Of a DNA stretch of 50,053 nucleotides, positions 9,930-17,875 are shown one piece after another; position 1 is the stretch's first letter; every line of letters starts with the position of its first letter. The stretch spans positions 1 through 50,053 of the forward strand of contig CAMBQV010000002.1 of assembly GCA_945870145.1 (NCBI GenBank), given 5' to 3'. A program made the translations under genes and the position numbers. The stretch comes from Akkermansia muciniphila. GTDB lineage: Bacteria; Verrucomicrobiota; Kiritimatiellia; RFP12; UBA1067. The notes under the pieces were generated by a model. The model was not told the origin of the DNA and ran no database searches. It saw only the letters and a program-made list of their open reading frames with translations.

Positions 9930-10670
9930 ATGAATTCCAAAATGATTCAAGAGAATTTTTTAAAAGCGACCGGAAGCAATATTCATCATTTTAAGGCCTT
10001 GTTCGACCTGATCCCTGATGTCGCCTTTTTTATGAAGGACCTTGAGGGGCGCTTTGTTATGAACAACCGACGTGCCTGTGAGTTTTGTCGAGTAAAGCAG
10101 GAGAGTGAAACGTATGGCAAGAATGACCATGATTTTTTCACCAAAGAGCAAGCAGACGAATATGTGCGGGGCGACCAGGAGGTCATGCGTACTGGTAAAC
10201 CGATCATCAATGAGATATGCGCGGCGCCAGGCGTCACCGATCAACTGATTGTGTATAGCAAAGTCCCTGTCCATAACGGCAAGAAAAAAATCATCGGTAT
10301 TGCAGGAATCCATCGCATTATTGACGGCTTACGCGATATACCGAAGTGGCAGGGACGCTTTGCGCAAAGCGTAGCCTATATCCACAAAAACTATAGCAAG
10401 CCGATTCGGACTGAACAATTGGCAAAGATGGCGGGAGTCTCGAAACGACAGCTTGACCGACGTTTTATTCGTCTCTTCAATGCAAATCCCAATGAATATT
10501 TGCAGCGCGTGCGCATTCATGCTGCGCGAGAACTCTTGGAAAAGTCAGACCGCACGATTACAGACATTGCGCAATCCTGCGGCTTCTATGACCATAGCCA
10601 CTTCACAAAAACCTTCAAACTCATCATGTCCTGCACCCCCTTCCACTACCGCAAGAGTCATCGGGTCTAG
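9930..10670 (+). CDS. AraC-family transcriptional regulator with N-terminal PAS-like domain
   Basis: 246 aa. C-terminal AraC HTH (TEQLAKMAGVSKRQLDRRF...ITDIAQSCGFYDHSHFTKTFK). Divergent from the 6194-9827 cluster. Confidence 0.85.
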   Translation: MNSKMIQENFLKATGSNIHHFKALFDLIPDVAFFMKDLEGRFVMNNRRACEFCRVKQESETYGKNDHDFFTKEQADEYVRGDQEVMRTGKPIINEICAAPGVTDQLIVYSKVPVHNGKKKIIGIAGIHRIIDGLRDIPKWQGRFAQSVAYIHKNYSKPIRTEQLAKMAGVSKRQLDRRFIRLFNANPNEYLQRVRIHAARELLEKSDRTITDIAQSCGFYDHSHFTKTFKLIMSCTPFHYRKSHRV

Positions 10671-10801
10671 CGTGTGGTACCACACGAGGTAGGAGGTGTC
10701 AGGGAGGAGGGAGGAGATAAAACTCCTGCTTCCTACCTCCTACTTCCTACCTCCTACCTTCTTTGGGTGCTGATTCAACAAAGTTGAATCGTACCCAAAG
10801 A
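10671..10801 (+). other. Three stacked hairpins immediately 3' of the AraC-like gene
   Basis: Perfect palindrome cgtgtggtaccacacg at 10671-10686. Purine-word arm 10687-10716 pairs with pyrimidine-word arm 10723-10759 across the loop ataaaa. A nested hairpin at 10760-10801 pairs tctttgggt with acccaaaga and gattcaac with gttgaatc. Confidence 0.6.
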
Positions 10802-10842
10802 CCCATTGCCTTTTGGGCCACATTCGTCTATGATGATGCGCA

Positions 10843-12033
10843 ATGAATTCAAGACGTGAAGCTATCTTCGTTCTCACCCGCTGGTTGGAAACCCGCGACT
10901 TCCCAGACCGCATGCTCAGTGACCACCCTGACCATGCCTTTATTCTGGACATGGTCTATACCACGATCCGCCGTTACCGCTCCCTCACCTGGGTGCTTGA
11001 ACAGGTCGTCAAAAAGATGCCCAAGGGTGAAACCGAGGCGGCCCTCCTCCTGGGCGCAGCGCAAGTCCTCTATATGCCGGATGTCGCGGATTACGCGGCA
11101 GTCAATGAGACTGTCGAAGCCGCCAAGCTCACCTCCAAGCAAGCCGCCGGCCTTGTCAACGGTGTGCTTCGCAACATCTTACGCAACATTGAGGCGACCC
11201 GCAAAGCCCTCTCCGAGCAATCCATCGGCATCCGCATGTCCCATCCCGATGCCTTGATCACCCGCTGGCAGGAGCGTTTTGAAGAGCCTGAAGTCATCGC
11301 CTTGTGCGAGTGGAACAATACCCCTCCAGCGACCTATCTCGCGTGGGCTCCCGGCGCGGAAAAACCCTTTACCCCCTTACCCCATGGTACACGTATCGAA
11401 GCGGTGCCGGGTTATGCAGAGGGTCGTTTCATCGTGCAGGACCCTGCAACAGACGCGGCGATCAGCCTCATGAACATCCAGCCCAACCTGCGCATCCTTG
11501 ATGCCTGCGCCGCACCGGGAGGCAAGAGCATTCAGATCGCGTGGCGTATGCAGGGAGGAACCCTGGTTGCCATGGACATGTACGAGGACCGCCTCCAAAC
11601 CTTACGGGCGAATCTTGCGCGGACCAAACTGCCGAACGTCATCGTGGCTCAAGGTGACTTGGTCCAAGATGCTGCGCGGATACAAGTTGAGCACGGACTC
11701 TTTGATCGCATCCTGCTGGATGTCCCCTGTTCGAACACCGGCGTCTTGCGTCGCCGTCCGGATGCCCGCTGGCGCTGGACCACCAAACGCATGAAGAAAC
11801 TCTGCGAGACGCAAGCGAAACTTTTAGAGGCCGCCTTGTCCCTGCTCGCCCTGGGCGGACGTATCGTCTACTCGACGTGCAGCCTGGAGCCCGAAGAGAA
11901 TCGCAAGCAGATCGCCCTCTTGCGAAAAGCACATCCGGAGGTCGAATGTGTCGGAGTCGAAGAACGCATTCCCACGCGAAGCCAGACCGACGGCGCCTTT
12001 GCCTGCGCCCTCGAACGTGTCGCACAACCTTAA
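10843..12033 (+). CDS. rsmB: 16S rRNA (cytosine-C5) methyltransferase RsmB/Sun
   Basis: 396 aa. NusB-like N-terminus, SAM motif DACAAPGGKS, catalytic DVPCS and TCS motifs. Confidence 0.85.
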   Translation: MNSRREAIFVLTRWLETRDFPDRMLSDHPDHAFILDMVYTTIRRYRSLTWVLEQVVKKMPKGETEAALLLGAAQVLYMPDVADYAAVNETVEAAKLTSKQAAGLVNGVLRNILRNIEATRKALSEQSIGIRMSHPDALITRWQERFEEPEVIALCEWNNTPPATYLAWAPGAEKPFTPLPHGTRIEAVPGYAEGRFIVQDPATDAAISLMNIQPNLRILDACAAPGGKSIQIAWRMQGGTLVAMDMYEDRLQTLRANLARTKLPNVIVAQGDLVQDAARIQVEHGLFDRILLDVPCSNTGVLRRRPDARWRWTTKRMKKLCETQAKLLEAALSLLALGGRIVYSTCSLEPEENRKQIALLRKAHPEVECVGVEERIPTRSQTDGAFACALERVAQP

Positions 12034-12953
12034 GGGAACAGCACATCCAAAAAGCGTTCGGCGACAACTGCTCCCTCGGGCGGAGAGATCGCAAGATCCG
12101 GACTGACCTCGATCACGGTGGTGCGCTTTGAAACCGGATCAATCAGAAAATCAATACCGACCAAGGGTAGCTTGAGCGCTTTTGCAATACGCTGCGACAG
12201 TTGGAGCGCGCGGCGCGGAACGCGGTCAGTGACCACTTCCACCGTGCCCCCAGTGTGATAGTTGTTTGTCAGCCGTACTTGCACACATTCACCTAGCCGA
12301 GGAACATCCTCTGGTTTACGTTTCAGCTCGGCTAGATTACGCCGAGTCTCCGCATTCCAAGGGATCTGATTACTGGGATCGCTCTTCCGACGTTCCACAT
12401 TGCGCCGAGAGATCAGCTGGCGTATGGAGTGGCGTCCATCACCCGTCACAGAAGCCGGTGAACGCTGGATCGCGGCAGCCAGTTCGCCTCCGGTCAGGAT
12501 CACACGAAGATCCTCCCCGGGCATCGTCTCCTCCAAAACCACATCTGCCTCGTAGCGACGGGCAAACTGCACCGCGCGTTTCAGTTCATCCGCTGTCCGC
12601 ACACCCATGGAGACTCCGCGTCCGCCCCATTGCATACAAGGCTTCACAACGATGGGCGCATACTGCTTTAAAAAGGCGACTGCTAACTCCGGGCAAGAGT
12701 CCTCGTAGGGAATCTGGGCTGGCACTGGAATTCGTTGGGACACAAGCCAGGCATGGCAGGCGCGCTTGTTGTTAACCAGATGATAGGTCGCCGCACCGAC
12801 AAGGTCGGTCAGAGCATTGAAACAGCGAATGGTCTTACCCTTCTGCGTGAGATCAAAAATAGGCAGGTCTGGATCAGGGTTGATGATCTTGACCTTGATG
12901 CCGCGACGCTTGGCTGCATCTGTTAAGGTTGTGGTATAGGGTGTCAGGTTCAT
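12030..12953 (-). CDS. ATP-grasp peptide ligase, cyanophycin-synthetase/RimK-like
   Basis: 307 aa. VVKPCMQWGGRGVSMG, the GDGRHSIRQLISRRN insertion, NYHTGGT and GIDFLID motifs are typical of CphA N-domain-like ATP-grasp enzymes. The start overlaps the alr stop (ATGA at 12950-12953). Confidence 0.7.
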   Translation of the reverse strand: MNLTPYTTTLTDAAKRRGIKVKIINPDPDLPIFDLTQKGKTIRCFNALTDLVGAATYHLVNNKRACHAWLVSQRIPVPAQIPYEDSCPELAVAFLKQYAPIVVKPCMQWGGRGVSMGVRTADELKRAVQFARRYEADVVLEETMPGEDLRVILTGGELAAAIQRSPASVTGDGRHSIRQLISRRNVERRKSDPSNQIPWNAETRRNLAELKRKPEDVPRLGECVQVRLTNNYHTGGTVEVVTDRVPRRALQLSQRIAKALKLPLVGIDFLIDPVSKRTTVIEVSPDLAISPPEGAVVAERFLDVLFP

Positions 12954-14074
12954 GCGTTTTGATAGCGGCGTTCCACGCGGTTTCCAAACGAGCAGATAAT
13001 CTCATACGGATGGGTTCCCTTGAGGCGAGCCCACTCCTCGACATGAATAGCTTGTTCGCCCTCGCCTCCAAGACAGATGACCTCATCGCCGATCTGCGCG
13101 GCGGCGAGTTTTTTAAGGGAGACGACGGTATAGTCCATAGAGATTCGTCCCAGGACAGGACAGGGCACGCCTCTAATCAGCATATAGCCCTTGTTTGAGA
13201 GCGCCAGCGGAAGGCCGTCCGCATAGCCAGCGGAAATGACACCCACACGCGTATCCCGTTTCAAGACACACGTATGACCGTAACCAATACCTGTGCCGGC
13301 CGGCAAATCACGGATCGCTGTCAGACGCGTCTTGAGCGTCAGGATCGGATCCAGACGCAAAGCCCGATGTCCGGCTGTGTCAAACGAGCCATGCAGGTTG
13401 ATCCCGGTGCGGATCACATTAAAAGGGGCTTGATAGGCGCACGGAAAATTGTTGATGGCATCGCTGTTCGCAATATGCCGCTTTGAAAAGGTGATGCCAG
13501 ACTGGGCCAGAAGATCCAAGAGCTTGCAAAAATCATGGACTTGGCTTTGGGTCAGAAGAGAGTCAGTATCATACGCTGAAGGGAAGTGCGAGAAGATTCC
13601 CTGACAATCGAGACCGGGCAGGGAGTGGGCCTTCCGAATCACAGACTCGGCATCGCGCATCAGGATGCCGAGACGTCCCATGCCGGTATCAATCTTAAAA
13701 TGGACGACACCGCGTTTTCCCTGCTTCACCGCCTCCTCGCTGATTCGCTTGGCGGATTCCAGATCTGTCACCGGTAAAACCACGTCCGACTCAACCATCG
13801 GTGCGATCTCCTCCGGCAGGATGCTGCTCAAAATCTGGACAGTCCCCTTCAGTGGCAGCAACTGGATCGCCTCATAAGGTTCAGCGACACCAAACTGTGT
13901 CACGCCCGCATCGCTGAGCGCACATGCGATCGGCAACACGCCAAGGCCATACGCATTGGCCTTCAAAACAGCCAAAACCTCCGCAGGCGCAACCGCCTCA
14001 CGAATCTTGCGATAGTTTGAAATCAAACGGCCGAGATCAATCTCCAGCCACACACGCCTAGGTATCGTAGTCAT
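12950..14074 (-). CDS. alr: Alanine racemase
   Basis: PLP-lysine motif VLKANAYGLG and a C-terminal beta domain. The ORF extends to 14116, but MTTIPRRVWLEIDL (ATG 14072-14074) fits the family N-terminus. Confidence 0.9.
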   Translation of the reverse strand: MTTIPRRVWLEIDLGRLISNYRKIREAVAPAEVLAVLKANAYGLGVLPIACALSDAGVTQFGVAEPYEAIQLLPLKGTVQILSSILPEEIAPMVESDVVLPVTDLESAKRISEEAVKQGKRGVVHFKIDTGMGRLGILMRDAESVIRKAHSLPGLDCQGIFSHFPSAYDTDSLLTQSQVHDFCKLLDLLAQSGITFSKRHIANSDAINNFPCAYQAPFNVIRTGINLHGSFDTAGHRALRLDPILTLKTRLTAIRDLPAGTGIGYGHTCVLKRDTRVGVISAGYADGLPLALSNKGYMLIRGVPCPVLGRISMDYTVVSLKKLAAAQIGDEVICLGGEGEQAIHVEEWARLKGTHPYEIICSFGNRVERRYQNA

Positions 14075-14093
14075 AAACAGGATAAGTATTGTA

Positions 14094-14194
14094 TTTCGGA
14101 ACCACAAAATCCACAAAAATCACAAACTTTATTTGTGGACCTCATAATTAGGGGTTCCAAAGTTTAGAAACGTGCCATGTCGCTTCTTCCTGTG
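14094..14194 (-). pseudogene. Remnant of a second GxxExxY cassette (arm plus last 19 codons)
   Basis: 101-bp unit, ~85% identical to 14195-14295. It reads KKRHGTFLNFGTPNYEVHK-stop, against KKRHGMLLNFGAPKYEVHKYIL-stop in the intact gene. The first 33 nt (tttcggaaccacaaaatccacaaaaatcacaaa) are identical in both units. Confidence 0.7.
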
Positions 14195-14630
14195 TTTCGG
14201 AACCACAAAATCCACAAAAATCACAAAATGTATTTATGAACCTCATATTTTGGGGCTCCAAAGTTCAGTAACATGCCATGCCGCTTCTTCGTGGCCTTCA
14301 AATAATGTAAAACCTGAGCCTCGTTTTCGCCCGACAGCGCTTTTGCAGCCTTTAGTTCAACAATAAACAAGTCATTAACCATTAAGTCGGCAACATAGTC
14401 GCCAACAACAAAATCATCCTCATCATAGACTTTAATTGCCACCTGCTGTTCAACAGAGCAACCAGCCTTTCTCAAACGATGTGCTAATGAATTTTCGTAA
14501 ACCTTCTCAAGAAATCCATTACCAAAATACTTATGAATCTCAAAACCTGTCTGTCTAATCACATCTGCCAATGCGTAAACATCATTCATTTTTTAACCCC
14601 TTTTGTGCCTTTTGTGGATTTTGTGGTTCC
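14195..14630 (-). mobile_element. GxxExxY gene cassette bounded by inverted word-array arms
   Basis: Arm ggaaccacaaaatccacaaaaatcacaaa at 14199-14227 pairs with ttttgtgccttttgtggattttgtggttcc at 14601-14630. The outer 21 nt are perfect reverse complements. The gene's stop codon lies inside one arm, and its ATG is 11 nt from the other. Confidence 0.5.
14221..14589 (-). CDS. GxxExxY family protein (PD-(D/E)xK-like)
   Basis: 122 aa. GNGFLEKVYENSL is the eponymous GxxExxY motif. IVELKA and the C-terminal LLNFG motif are typical of the family. Confidence 0.85.
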   Translation of the reverse strand: MNDVYALADVIRQTGFEIHKYFGNGFLEKVYENSLAHRLRKAGCSVEQQVAIKVYDEDDFVVGDYVADLMVNDLFIVELKAAKALSGENEAQVLHYLKATKKRHGMLLNFGAPKYEVHKYIL

Positions 14631-14635
14631 TCCCC

Positions 14636-16345
14636 TTAAGCCTTAAACAGGGCTCCCATCTTTTTGCCCAGCAAGAGGCTACAGCCTAAGAGCGTCACGG
14701 AGAGGAAAACCATGGCCCAGACACCGAGTGCGGCGGCGAGGAAGCGTCCGATTCCCATCAACTGGAAGAGTTCGAAGATCGTCTTGGTGATCGGATAATA
14801 TTCGACCTTCTGGGCCAGCATCACGCTGTCCGAAACTTCCAACATGCTAAAGGAGAAGACCATCAGAGCGCCTGCGATGACGTTTGCAGCGATCAACGGC
14901 AGCGTCACCCGGCGAAGAGCACAGAACGGCGACGCGCCGAGGTTGAGCGCCGCCTCCTCCAGGGTGACAGACGTTTGCTGCAGTCCAGCCACAGCTGCAC
15001 GCACCATGTAGGGCAGACGACGGATCGCGTAGGCGACAATCAGAAAGAGGGTAGGATTGACGCGGATATCGAGCAGCGCAGCCCATTGGGGATGGGCTTT
15101 CCCCCACGGTCCTGTCGCCAAGAAGCCACTCACTGAAACAAAACCAAACGCCATGACCAATCCGGGAACAGCAAGCGGAATCATGGCAAGGGCGTCCAAA
15201 ACGCCCTTGAGGCGGAGACGCGAACGGACCACGACCCACGCGACGCCTACGCCGACAACCATGTTGAAAAGAACAGCCATGGAGGAGAAGAGCAAACTGT
15301 TCTTAATCGCATTCAAGGTCATGTCATGGCCCAGCGCCTCGGAATAGTGCGAGAGTGTCCACGCCTCTGGCAGAACGGTCTTGTACCAGGAGCCCGGAAC
15401 CGAGAGGCTCGTCAGAATCACACCGGCATGGGGCAAAAGCGCCAAAATCACCACCCCGAGGAAAGGCAACACAATCAGCAAATTTCCCAAGGGGCCCACT
15501 TTTTTCTGCTGATACAAAGGCGCGGCCTTGGACTGTAACGCATAGGCCCGTCCGCCAAAGATAAAATGGCCCACAGCATACATGGTAATGCTGAAACAGA
15601 GCACCACCGTGACCAGGGCATACGGGAAGGGGGAGCCGCTCATCTCCTTGAACTCATCATAGATCTGAACTGCGACACAACGTGTATACCCCATCATCAA
15701 GGGCGTTCCAAGCTCGGTGAAGCAAGCGATAAAGACGAGCGTGCCACCTGCGAAAAGCCCTGGCGTCACTAACGGCAAGGTGATGCGCCGGAAGGTCTGC
15801 CACCCATTGGCCCCCAAATTGTGGGCGGCCTCATGCATGGCTGGATCAATGTTTGCAAAGGCCGCAGCCACATTCAAATAAAGGATCGGGTAGAAGGCGA
15901 GTGCTTGTAATACGATGACGCCAAACACGCGGGACTCCCCCAGCCAATCAATCGGACCACATCCCAGCAATGCATTCAATGCGCCGTAAGGTCCCAGAAA
16001 CTGGGTAAGGCCTATCGCTCCGACAAAGGGAGGCAACACCAGGGGAACAAGCAACAAGGCATTCAGTGTCTTCTGGCCAGCAAACGTGTACCACTGGGAA
16101 AGCCACGCGAGCGGGATGGCCACGCAAGAGGCCAAAAGGGTTGAGCCAAGCGCAAGGCAGAAGCTATTGAACAGCCCCTCTGCATAGATCGGGTTACGGA
16201 AGACCTCCAGCAGGTACGCAAAGGTCCAGCGGCCGTTCACAACAAAACCATGACTCACCACCATGAAGAGAGGCCACAGCAGAAGCCCCCCCAACAGCGC
16301 TGTCAGAAGAACAAACAAAATCCACGCTATGCGATTACTTAACAT
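14636..16345 (-). CDS. ABC transporter permease, fused double domain (iron(III)/thiamine-type)
   Basis: 569 aa, about 12 TM helices, two permease EAA-type loops (EAAHNLGANGWQTFRRITLP and EEAALNLGASPFCALRRVTLP). No ATPase or binding protein lies nearby. Confidence 0.85.
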   Translation of the reverse strand: MLSNRIAWILFVLLTALLGGLLLWPLFMVVSHGFVVNGRWTFAYLLEVFRNPIYAEGLFNSFCLALGSTLLASCVAIPLAWLSQWYTFAGQKTLNALLLVPLVLPPFVGAIGLTQFLGPYGALNALLGCGPIDWLGESRVFGVIVLQALAFYPILYLNVAAAFANIDPAMHEAAHNLGANGWQTFRRITLPLVTPGLFAGGTLVFIACFTELGTPLMMGYTRCVAVQIYDEFKEMSGSPFPYALVTVVLCFSITMYAVGHFIFGGRAYALQSKAAPLYQQKKVGPLGNLLIVLPFLGVVILALLPHAGVILTSLSVPGSWYKTVLPEAWTLSHYSEALGHDMTLNAIKNSLLFSSMAVLFNMVVGVGVAWVVVRSRLRLKGVLDALAMIPLAVPGLVMAFGFVSVSGFLATGPWGKAHPQWAALLDIRVNPTLFLIVAYAIRRLPYMVRAAVAGLQQTSVTLEEAALNLGASPFCALRRVTLPLIAANVIAGALMVFSFSMLEVSDSVMLAQKVEYYPITKTIFELFQLMGIGRFLAAALGVWAMVFLSVTLLGCSLLLGKKMGALFKA

Positions 16346-16376
16346 TGTCCTTAACGAATGTTATTACCATACGGAA

Positions 16377-17186
16377 TCAGGTGAAAGGCTTGCTTAGCCA
16401 GACATTTTTCTGTTTCTTTTTGACGACAACATAACCATTACTGGCTAGACGATCTATCAGTTGATTTGAATCACCATGACACTCCATGCGAATTTCTTTA
16501 ATTCTCGCCATGCTATTTTCGTTTAACGAGGGTATAATGTCAAATTCGGCGCCTTCACAATCCATTTTTAGCAAATCAACATCGAGAATGTTATTATTAT
16601 CGAGTAAAGCATTTACAGTCATTGTTTGAACTTCCTGGTATTCTGTTTGATTACTAGTACTTTGACTGTTGTTAATCCTATTGTAAGGACTTGATGAACA
16701 AGGGAATCTTACGACATCATTGTCAATATTGCTGATTGCTTTGTTGAAAGGAATAATAACATTTTCTAAGTGATTTATTCTTATGTTTTCACAAAGAACG
16801 TTAAACGCTTCTAACGATGGCTCAATTGCATAAACTTTTTTTGCTCCTGACAGAGCCGCATATAGCGAAAATACACCAATATTAGCACCAATATCAATTA
16901 TTATACTATCCTTCTTTACACGGCCATAATCTCGTTTTAAGAAAACAACAAAGAACGTTATTAAATCGTGAGGATGAGAAGAGAATAAGATTTTCTTCTC
17001 CCCTTTTAAGTCTATATACTCAGGTGATTTGCACTGAATATAATACTTGAGGCAAATGATCGGGCGTTGGACTACGATCAACAAATAAGGAAGAGCCTTG
17101 ACAAAAGTGAACCCTTGACTTAGTAATTTCGTAATTGAAATATTTCTGTTCGCAACTCTCACCAGTGACTCCTTATTTAATGTCAA
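16377..17186 (-). CDS. FkbM-family SAM-dependent methyltransferase on an AT-rich islet
   Basis: 269 aa. IIDIGANIGVFSLYAA, AIEPS and KMDCEGAEF motifs. Local GC is about mid-30s % by eye, against mid-50s in the flanks. Confidence 0.75.
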   Translation of the reverse strand: MTLNKESLVRVANRNISITKLLSQGFTFVKALPYLLIVVQRPIICLKYYIQCKSPEYIDLKGEKKILFSSHPHDLITFFVVFLKRDYGRVKKDSIIIDIGANIGVFSLYAALSGAKKVYAIEPSLEAFNVLCENIRINHLENVIIPFNKAISNIDNDVVRFPCSSSPYNRINNSQSTSNQTEYQEVQTMTVNALLDNNNILDVDLLKMDCEGAEFDIIPSLNENSMARIKEIRMECHGDSNQLIDRLASNGYVVVKKKQKNVWLSKPFT

Positions 17187-17376
17187 TTTTCATGACGCGC
17201 TGTGTTATTGAGCCAACCTCTCTCAGAGAAGACCACCTCCCCCCAACAAAATGATATAAGAATAGAGGATGGTACAAGTGCAGTCAAGAACCTAACTATT
17301 TGGATAACGCGGCTATTCAATGCGATGGAAGCCACCAGCTGTGCATACAACAAGCTCCAAACGGGCAGTCGCTCGG

Positions 17377-17446
17377 CGGGGATACCCTTGCCCTCTGCGC
17401 GTGCTTATTCGCGCGCGTTTATTCGAACCGGGGGTTCTCATCCCGT
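17377..17446. repeat. Repeat B copy 1
   Basis: cggggatacccttgccctctgcgcgtgcttattcg...gggttctcatcccgt. It is the same unit as 17597-17649 with a 14-nt internal duplication. Confidence 0.7.
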
Positions 17447-17506
17447 AAAAAAAGAAAGCCCAAAGTGATTTTTCACTTTGAGCTTTTCATTTTTCCACTT
17501 AAAAAG

Positions 17507-17525
17507 TGGCGGGGACGACGGGATT
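17507..17525 (-). repeat. Partial copy of the tRNA-Asp 3' end (att-like direct repeat)
   Basis: tggcggggacgacgggatt equals the last 19 nt (including CCA) of the tRNA at 17715-17733. With flanks, the identity is 22 nt (17504-17525 vs 17712-17733). Confidence 0.8.
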
Positions 17526-17596
17526 GGCGCTCTTTCGCTGTCGCTCATCGCTCTCGTCCGGATTACCGGCCGAGCGTTAAGCAGGCGTTCGGGCTA

Positions 17597-17649
17597 CGGG
17601 GATATCCTTGCCCTCTGCGCATGCTTATTCGAACGGGTTCTCATCCCGT
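17597..17649. repeat. Repeat B copy 2
   Basis: cggggatatccttgccctctgcgcatgcttattcgaacgggttctcatcccgt. Confidence 0.7.
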
Positions 17650-17655
17650 CGGAAA

Positions 17656-17689
17656 TAAAAAAGCTGCAAACTCCTTCGAGTTTACAGCT
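17656..17689 (-). terminator. Rho-independent terminator after tRNA-Asp (minus strand)
   Basis: 12-bp stem, 17662-17673 paired with 17678-17689, loop cttc. The single non-Watson-Crick position is a G-U pair only in the minus-strand RNA. A U-run follows on the minus strand. Confidence 0.6.
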
Positions 17690-17714
17690 TTTTGCCTCTA
17701 TCTTAAAAAGAAAG

Positions 17715-17791
17715 TGGCGGGGACGACGGGATTCGAACCCGCGACCACCGGATCGACAGTCCGGTGCGCTAACCAATTGCGCCACGTCCCC
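17715..17791 (-). tRNA. tRNA-Asp (GTC), CCA encoded
   Basis: Cloverleaf parsed by hand: GGGGACG-TG-GCGC-AATTGGTTA-GCGC-A-CCGGA-CTGTCGA-TCCGG-TGGTC-GCGGG-TTCGAAT-CCCGT-CGTCCCC-G-CCA, 77 nt. Confidence 0.95.
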
Positions 17792-17875
17792 GCAAAAGTT
17801 CGTGTACTTTAGCAGATTAACGCTTCACTCTGCAATAACAAAAATAAAAAAATTCGCCGAACTGTTCAGTCACCG

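Noticed and set aside
14094-14630. Possible CRISPR array suggested by the short periodic repeats here and at other word arrays
   Set aside because: The repeat units are only 6-10 nt, directly adjacent and imperfect, with no spacers of 25-40 nt. No cas genes are present.
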